From Alphaproteobacteria bacterium (GTDB taxonomy: Bacteria; Pseudomonadota; Alphaproteobacteria; CACIAM-22H2), in NCBI GenBank assembly GCA_036260035.1, contig DATAAP010000334.1:1-30174 (forward strand): 30,174 nt of DNA. The letters are read 5' to 3'. The notes below the pieces were generated by a model. That model was given only the letters and a program-made list of their open reading frames with translations. It was not told the origin of the DNA and ran no database searches. Numbering within the stretch: position 1 is the first letter of the stretch; each line of letters starts with the position of its first letter. A program made the position numbers and the translations under genes. Below are positions 24,380 to 30,174 of this stretch, in pieces.

Positions 24380-24969
24380 CCGGCCGTGCCGTCGTCGAGA
24401 CATTGGCGGGTGCTGCAGTCGAGCGCGCCATCGCTGACCTCGCCCGGCTGCGCATCACCGTGTTCCGCGACTTTCCCTATCTCTACGACGGCGATCTCGA
24501 ATACGAGCGCAAATATCTGCGCAAGTTCGTCGACCTGCCGGAGAGCACACTCGTCATCGCTCGCGACGGCGATGCGATCGTCGGCGCGTCGACGGCGCTG
24601 CCGATGCTCAATGCTGGCGATGACGTCATCAAGCCGTTCCGCGAGGCCGGGCTAAATGCCGCGCAGTACTATTACTTCGGCGAGTCCGTGCTGCTGCCCG
24701 CCTATCGCGGGCAGGGAATCGGCGTTGCGTTCTTCGCGCGGCGCGAAGAGCGGGCAAGGGCCCTCGGCTTCCGGCACGCGACGTTCTGCGCAGTCGATAG
24801 GCCGGCCGATCATCCGCGCCGTCCGAAGGACTATGTGCCGCTGGATGCCTTCTGGACGCACCGCGGCTACGTCAAACGTCCCGACCTGATAGCTACTTTC
24901 GAATGGAAGGAGATCGACGAGCCCGAGGAGTCGCCGAAAACGCTGACGTTCTGGGTCAAGACGCTCTAG
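24376..24969 (+). CDS. GNAT-family N-acetyltransferase (197 aa)
   Basis: Acetyl-CoA-binding motif A ESVLLPAYRGQGIG; LRITVFRDFPYLY and FWTHRGY. Confidence 0.9.
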   Translation: MTGRAVVETLAGAAVERAIADLARLRITVFRDFPYLYDGDLEYERKYLRKFVDLPESTLVIARDGDAIVGASTALPMLNAGDDVIKPFREAGLNAAQYYYFGESVLLPAYRGQGIGVAFFARREERARALGFRHATFCAVDRPADHPRRPKDYVPLDAFWTHRGYVKRPDLIATFEWKEIDEPEESPKTLTFWVKTL

Positions 24970-25004
24970 CATCAAACCATGCGCTATCTGCAGGAAGCGA
25001 TCGC

Positions 25005-26207
25005 GTGAGCCTGCCGCTCGAAGGCGTCCGCATCCTCGACCTCACCAATGTGCTGGCGGGGCCGTTCTGCGGCTATCAGCTGGCCCTGATGGGTGCCGAG
25101 GTGATCAAGGTCGAGGTGCCCGGCTCGGGCGATCTCGCGCGCCAGCTCGGCGCCGACCCGGCGCTGAACAAGGCTCACATGGGCGCGTCATTCCTCGCCC
25201 AGAACGCCGGCAAGAAGTCGATCACGCTGAACCTCAAGGCGCCGCGCGGACAGGAGATCTTCCGGCGCCTCTTGGCCACCGCCGATGTGCTGCTGGAGAA
25301 TTTCCGGCCTGGCGTCATGGAGCGGCTGGGGCTCGGCTACGAGGCGCTACGGCAGGACAAGCCCGATCTCATCTATTGCGCGATCTCCGGCTTCGGCCAG
25401 GACGGCCCGCTGCGTGACAATCCGGCCTATGACCAGATCATCCAGGGCCTATCCGGCGTCATGAGCGTCACCGGAGACGAGAAGACTGCACCGCTCCGCG
25501 TCGGCTATCCCGTGTGCGATACGGTCGGCGGTCTGACCGCGGCATTCGCGGTCGCCAGCGCGCTCTACGGCCGCGCGGCCACAGGCGAGGGGCAGTACAT
25601 CGACGTGTCGATGCTCGAATCGAGCCTCGTAACTTTGGGCTGGCAGGTGTCGAACTGGCTCATTGCCGGCGTGAAACCGCGGCCGATGGGCAACGAGAAT
25701 ATGACGGCGAGTCCCTCGGGAACGTTCCGCACCAAGGACGGCCTGCTCAACATTGCCGCCAATAAGCAGGAGCAGTTTGAAGAACTATGCGTGCTCGTCG
25801 GCCGGCCGGAGCTGGCGAATGATCCGCGGTTCGCCGAACGCGAGACGCGCAAGAGGAACCGGTACCTGCTGCGCGACGAACTGGAGCAGGCGCTCGCTTC
25901 GCGCGATGCGAAGGAATGGGAGCAGCTGCTGAACGAAGCGGGTGTCCCCGCGGGCCGCGTGCTGTCGGTGCCGGAGGTGCTGGAGCACCCGCAGATCCGC
26001 TATCGCGGCGTGGTGCGCGCGTTCGACGCCGTGCCCGGGGTCAACCATGCCGTTGCGGTGGTGCGCGGCGGCTTCAAGCTGTCCGGCGGCGAGGTTGGTG
26101 CCGCGACGCCGCCGCCAACACTCGGCGCAGACACCGAGGCGATCCTGCGTGACCTCGGCTACGATGATCGCACGATTGCCGAATTGCGGGAGGCGAAGAC
26201 GATATGA
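25005..26207 (+). CDS. Second class III CoA-transferase (about 400 aa)
   Basis: GTG start at VSLPLEGVRILDL. Motifs AGPFC, NAGKKSITLNLK, ENFRPG, YDQIIQG and catalytic Asp in PVCDTVGG. Confidence 0.95.
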   Translation: MSLPLEGVRILDLTNVLAGPFCGYQLALMGAEVIKVEVPGSGDLARQLGADPALNKAHMGASFLAQNAGKKSITLNLKAPRGQEIFRRLLATADVLLENFRPGVMERLGLGYEALRQDKPDLIYCAISGFGQDGPLRDNPAYDQIIQGLSGVMSVTGDEKTAPLRVGYPVCDTVGGLTAAFAVASALYGRAATGEGQYIDVSMLESSLVTLGWQVSNWLIAGVKPRPMGNENMTASPSGTFRTKDGLLNIAANKQEQFEELCVLVGRPELANDPRFAERETRKRNRYLLRDELEQALASRDAKEWEQLLNEAGVPAGRVLSVPEVLEHPQIRYRGVVRAFDAVPGVNHAVAVVRGGFKLSGGEVGAATPPPTLGADTEAILRDLGYDDRTIAELREAKTI

Positions 26208-27025
26208 GCGATCCCTCGCGCGACGCGGCCCGCGACTGGTGGCGGACCGAGATCATCGACATCGAGCCCGGTGCCATCCGCGTGCGCGGCTATCCGATCG
26301 AGCAGCTCATCGGGACGATCGACTTCCCGCAGATGATCTGGCTGATGCTGCGTGGCGAGGTGCCGAGCACGGCGCAGGCGGCGCTGTTTGGCGCGGCACT
26401 GGTCGCGGCGGTCGACCATGGACCCCAGGCGCCGTCGATCGCGATCGCGCGCATGGCGATGACCTGTGGCGTCGGCATGAACAACGCGATGGCTTCGGCG
26501 GCCAATGTCCTCGGCGACGTTCATGGCGGCGCTGGCGAGCAGGCTATGGAGCTCTATGCCGCGATCGCCGCGCGCGGCGAGCCGCTCGACGCAGCCGTGC
26601 GTATGGAGGTCAACCGCTTCCAGGCGGAGCAGGGCAAATTCGTGCCCGGCTTCGGCCATCGCTTCCATCCGGTCGATCCGCGGGGACCCCGCCTCCTCGC
26701 GCTTGTGGACGCGGCGGCGCGCGCCGGCACCGTCTCGGGCCGGTTCGCGGCGATCGGCCGCGCCGTCGAGGCGGAGCTCGAACGACGCACCGGCAAGCAC
26801 CTCACGATGAATATCGACGGCAGCGCCGCGGTGATCTTCTGCGAGCTCGGCTTCGCGCCGATGCTGGGGCGCGGCATTTTCATCCTGTCGCGCTCGGTCG
26901 GCATCCTCGCGCATGCATGGGAGCAGGCGCAGCAGGGCGGGCGCAACAAGGGCCCGATCCCGCCGGACTTCCTCTACACCTATGCGGGCCCGCCGAAGCG
27001 CGACTTCAAAGGGGAAGGGCGGTGA
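26204..27025 (+). CDS. Citryl-CoA lyase-like protein (citrate synthase superfamily, small type; 273 aa)
   Basis: WWRTEI...IRVRGYPIEQL, plus the catalytic set DHG, PGFGHRFH and NIDG. ATGA overlap with the CoA-transferase gene. Confidence 0.9.
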   Translation: MSDPSRDAARDWWRTEIIDIEPGAIRVRGYPIEQLIGTIDFPQMIWLMLRGEVPSTAQAALFGAALVAAVDHGPQAPSIAIARMAMTCGVGMNNAMASAANVLGDVHGGAGEQAMELYAAIAARGEPLDAAVRMEVNRFQAEQGKFVPGFGHRFHPVDPRGPRLLALVDAAARAGTVSGRFAAIGRAVEAELERRTGKHLTMNIDGSAAVIFCELGFAPMLGRGIFILSRSVGILAHAWEQAQQGGRNKGPIPPDFLYTYAGPPKRDFKGEGR

Positions 27026-27939
27026 CGTTCTACGCGCCGCCACTGCGGCTCGAGGCGCGAGTCTGGACCCGCCTGCCGGAGCAATACCGACGCAAGGTGC
27101 GGACCGCCTGGGCTGACGCCAATCGCGGCGGCGACGCGATCGACAGTTTTCTCGAGGGCCCCAGCTTCGACCGCACCGGCAATCTCTACGTCACCGATAT
27201 CCCGCATGGCCGCGTCTTCCGCATCGCGCCGGACGGCGGCTGGACTCTCGCCGCCGAGTATGACGGTTGGCCGAACGGGCTGAAGATCCACAAAGACGGC
27301 AGCATCGTCATCACCGACTACAAGCGCGGTCTGATGCGCCTCGATTCCGCCAGCGGCAAGGTCGCGCCGCTCCTCGAAACGCGCCATTCAGAAAGCTTCA
27401 AGGGCGTCAACGACCTGATCTTCGCGGGCAACGGCGACATCTACTTCACCGACCAGGGCCAGACCGGATTGCATGATGCCACGGGGCGTGTCTTCCGCCT
27501 GCGCGCGAGCGGACAGCTCGACTGCCTGATCGCGACCGTGCCGAGCCCCAATGGCATCGTGCTTAACGCCATGGAAACGCAGGTCTACGTGGCGGTGACG
27601 CGCGCCAATGCCGTGTGGCGGCTGCCGTTGCTCGCCGACGGCAGCGTTAGCAAGGCGGGCCTGTGGATCCAGCTTTCCGGCGGCACCGCGGGACCGGACG
27701 GCATGGCGCTCGATGCCGAGGGCGGGCTTGTCGTCTGCCATCTCGGCATCGGCGTGTGGCGCTTCGATGCGAAGGGCAGGCCGACGCAACTCGTCGAACT
27801 TGCCGACGGCGCCGCCGGAACCAATGCCGCGTTTGGCGGGCCCGAGAACCGCACGCTCTTCATCACCGAGTCGGCGAGCGGCAGCATCCTCTGCTGCGAC
27901 CTGCCGGTCGCGGGCCGGCGTCTCTACTCGCATATGTGA
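27022..27939 (+). CDS. SMP-30/gluconolactonase/LRE-family protein (305 aa)
   Basis: FLEGPSFD, WPNGL, GVNDL, SPNGI and GPDGMALD beta-propeller metal-ligand motifs. GTGA overlap; C-terminal part of the listed 665-aa ORF. Confidence 0.93.
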   Translation: MTFYAPPLRLEARVWTRLPEQYRRKVRTAWADANRGGDAIDSFLEGPSFDRTGNLYVTDIPHGRVFRIAPDGGWTLAAEYDGWPNGLKIHKDGSIVITDYKRGLMRLDSASGKVAPLLETRHSESFKGVNDLIFAGNGDIYFTDQGQTGLHDATGRVFRLRASGQLDCLIATVPSPNGIVLNAMETQVYVAVTRANAVWRLPLLADGSVSKAGLWIQLSGGTAGPDGMALDAEGGLVVCHLGIGVWRFDAKGRPTQLVELADGAAGTNAAFGGPENRTLFITESASGSILCCDLPVAGRRLYSHM

Positions 27940-27942
27940 GCG

Positions 27943-29052
27943 ATGGCTGCTCGGGCCCTGAGCGCCTTCTTGCGCCTCTGTGCGTTGGCGCTGGCGCTCG
28001 GCGCCTGCACGCCGGTCGCTGATGCGGTTGATGCCGTCCGGCTGCTCGACCGCCTCACCGGCGCTCCCACGCTCGAAGGGGTCGCGGTGCGGGAGGTCGC
28101 TTGGGCGGCACGCGGTCTTGCGCGCGCCGCCGACCTCTACGAACCGGCGCGGCCTCAAGGGGCTATGGTACTTGCACCGGGACTGGGCCGCGAGGGCCGC
28201 CGCGATGCGCGCCTCACCAGCTTCGCCGCGGCGCTGGCGCAGGTCGGCTTCGTCGTGCTGGTGCCTGACGTGCCGAACTTTCAGGCGCAGCGAGTCGCTG
28301 CCAGTGACAGTGAGATCCTCTCCGACGCCCTGCGCTATCTCCTGGCGCAGCAGAAGGATGAGCGGGCGGTCGGCATTGCCGCCGTGTCCTACGCTGTCGG
28401 GCCGGCGATCATAGCGGCCCTGGAGCCCGACATCGCATCGCAGATCGATGTTGTCGCGGCGATCGGCGGCTATTACGACACGAGCGCGGTCGTCACCTTC
28501 TTCACCACCGGCTATTTCCGCGAAGCGACGGACGCGCCATGGCAGCACCGGGCTCCCAATGCCTACGGCAAGTGGGTGTTCGTGCTGGCGAATGCCGAGC
28601 GCATCGCCGACCCGCGCGACCGCACCTCGCTCTATGCGATGGCGCGGCGCAAGCTTGCTGACCTCAATGCTGACGTCGACGACCTCGGCGCCGATCTCGG
28701 TCCGGAGGGACGCGTCGTCGTCGATCTGCTGTCCAACCGCGATCCGGAGCGCGCGCCCGCGCTGATCGCAGCACTTCCGCCCGGCGTGCGCGGCGATCTC
28801 GAAGGCCTCGATCTCGCGCGCCGAGATCTCGGCGCCCTCAAGGCGCGGTTGATCCTGATCCACGGGCGCGACGATGCCATCATCCCCTACACGGAAAGCG
28901 TGGCGCTGGCACGCGCCGTGCCGCACAGCCATCTCGCACTTCTCGACAGCCTGGCGCATGCCGATCTCGGGCCCGGCGGCCTGATGGACGCGGTCAGGCT
29001 CTGGCGCGCGGCGTACACCCTAATGCGCCAGCGCCATGGCACGAAGCGATAG
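27943..29052 (+). CDS. Putative lipoprotein alpha/beta hydrolase (369 aa)
   Basis: Lipobox LALGAC (Cys22), oxyanion region APGLG, nucleophile-elbow-like GIAAVSYAVG, LIHGRDDAIIPYTES and LAHAD. Confidence 0.75.
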   Translation: MAARALSAFLRLCALALALGACTPVADAVDAVRLLDRLTGAPTLEGVAVREVAWAARGLARAADLYEPARPQGAMVLAPGLGREGRRDARLTSFAAALAQVGFVVLVPDVPNFQAQRVAASDSEILSDALRYLLAQQKDERAVGIAAVSYAVGPAIIAALEPDIASQIDVVAAIGGYYDTSAVVTFFTTGYFREATDAPWQHRAPNAYGKWVFVLANAERIADPRDRTSLYAMARRKLADLNADVDDLGADLGPEGRVVVDLLSNRDPERAPALIAALPPGVRGDLEGLDLARRDLGALKARLILIHGRDDAIIPYTESVALARAVPHSHLALLDSLAHADLGPGGLMDAVRLWRAAYTLMRQRHGTKR

Positions 29053-29086
29053 GGGCGGACGATCACAGCCGATAAATTGAAGTTTC

Positions 29087-29115
29087 TTGACGCTTTTCGC
29101 ACGCTTCGCCAGCAT
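29087..29115 (+). promoter_or_regulatory. Putative sigma70 promoter of dctP
   Basis: TTGACG-N17-CAGCAT in the 120-bp intergenic region. Confidence 0.4.
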
Positions 29116-29172
29116 ACGCGCGAAGCGGATTACCGCTCGGCAGACAATCCGACCAACCAGACGGGGAAGCTT

Positions 29173-30150
29173 ATGAACAAGGCTCTTTCGCTCGCGCTCG
29201 CGGGCGTGCTCGCCCTTGGCGCAACCAGCGCCGCGGCGCAGACGAAGTGGGATCTGCCGGCGGGGTATCCGGCCACCAACTTCCACTCGAAGAACTTGAT
29301 CGAGTTCGCCAACGACGTGCGCAAAGCGACCGGCGGTAAGCTCGACATCACGGTGCATGCGGGCGCCTCGCTGTTCAAGGTGCCGGAGATCAAGCGCGCC
29401 GTGCAGACCGGCCAAGCGCCGATCGGCGAGCTGCTGATGTCGGTGATGGAGAACGAAGACGCCGTCTACGGCGTCGACGTCGTGCCTTTCCTCGCCACCA
29501 GCTACGCGGATTCCGAGAAGCTGTGGAAGGCCGCCCGTCCGGTCATCGAGAAGAAGCTCGGGGCGCAGGGCCTGACGGTGCTCTACGCGGTGCCATGGCC
29601 GCCGCAGGGCATCTATGCCAAGAAGGAGATCAACACGATCGAGGACATGAAGGGCCTCAAGTTCCGCGCCTACAACGTCGGCACGGCGCGCATCGCCGAG
29701 CTGGTCGGCGCGCAACCGGTGACGATCCAGGCCGCCGAGCTCGCGCAGGCCTTGGCGACCGGCGTCGTGAACTCCTTCATCTCCTCCGGCTCGACGGGCC
29801 GCGACTCCAAGGTGTGGGAGTCGCTCACGCACTGGTACGACACGCAGGCCTGGCTGCCCAACAACATCATCTTCGTGAACACGGCGGCGCTCAACAAGCT
29901 CGACGCCGCGACGAAGAAGGCGCTGATGGATGCCGCGGAAGCGGCCGAGGCGCGCGGCCGCAAGATGAGCACGGAGGAGGCGGAGTCCTCGAAGGCGGCG
30001 CTCCAGCAGAACGGCATGAAGATCCAGCCGCCGAGCCCGGCGCTGGCTGCCGGCTTCAAGAAGATCGGCGAGACGCTGACCGAGGACTGGCTGAAGAAGG
30101 CCGGCGCCGACGGCAAGGCCATCGTCGACTCCTACAAGAAGATGATGTGA
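29173..30150 (+). CDS. dctP: TRAP transporter DctP-family solute-binding protein (325 aa)
   Basis: Signal peptide MNKALSLALAGVLALGATSAAA, SLFKVPEIKRAVQTG, DMKGLKFRAY (conserved Arg) and ALATGVV. The cognate dctQM is not in the window. Confidence 0.95.
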   Translation: MNKALSLALAGVLALGATSAAAQTKWDLPAGYPATNFHSKNLIEFANDVRKATGGKLDITVHAGASLFKVPEIKRAVQTGQAPIGELLMSVMENEDAVYGVDVVPFLATSYADSEKLWKAARPVIEKKLGAQGLTVLYAVPWPPQGIYAKKEINTIEDMKGLKFRAYNVGTARIAELVGAQPVTIQAAELAQALATGVVNSFISSGSTGRDSKVWESLTHWYDTQAWLPNNIIFVNTAALNKLDAATKKALMDAAEAAEARGRKMSTEEAESSKAALQQNGMKIQPPSPALAAGFKKIGETLTEDWLKKAGADGKAIVDSYKKMM

Positions 30151-30174
30151 GAAGCGCGGGGCCGGTTCGGAAGA

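Noticed and set aside
25942-27021. N-terminal extension of the 665-aa ORF onto the SMP-30 protein
   Set aside because: Shadow frame over the CoA-transferase and lyase genes. The GTGA overlap at 27022 gives a normal-length lactonase.
4054-29832. Numerous long antisense or alternate-frame ORFs (for example 4054..5151 +, 12857..14524 +, 27388..28959 -)
   Set aside because: Expected in high-GC DNA with strong GC3 bias. Each overlaps a well-supported gene and has no domain signature.
1-30174. CRISPR arrays, tRNA/rRNA, IS elements, prophage or integrase
   Set aside because: No regularly spaced repeats, RNA gene signatures, transposase/integrase ORFs or phage structural genes were seen.

Overview
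High-GC bacterial chromosomal window with no tRNA/rRNA, CRISPR array, transposase, integrase or obvious pseudogene. Alphaproteobacterial origin is inferred from a perfect CtrA-type box (TTAA-N7-TTAAC), an EcfG/RpoE2-type promoter (GGAAC-N16-CGTT) and the style of the HU protein. Left to right: HU; PepSY protein; EEP-family nuclease/phosphatase; a TAXI-TRAP transporter plus amidohydrolase_2 operon; a ferritin-like protein; tamA-tamB; an MFS transporter; a LysR/ycaC/pirin module; tctCBA; an uncharacterised three-gene membrane module; a tightly coupled CoA-dependent catabolic operon (crotonase, CoA-transferase, SnoaL, GNAT, second CoA-transferase, citryl-CoA-lyase-like protein, SMP-30 lactonase, lipoprotein alpha/beta hydrolase); and a DctP. 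The best candidate for an undescribed system is the module at 19930-21806. It encodes a 4-TM MotA/TolQ/ExbB channel, a MotB/ExbD-like partner that keeps the ion-conducting Asp but carries a YfaP/DUF2135-like domain in place of a peptidoglycan-binding domain, and a 2-TM protein with a Pro-rich tail. The module sits behind 11-bp-phased TTAA (CtrA-like) half-sites, and the window contains no TonB, Tol-Pal, flagellar or Zorya partner genes. All family calls come from motif recognition by eye, not from database searches.
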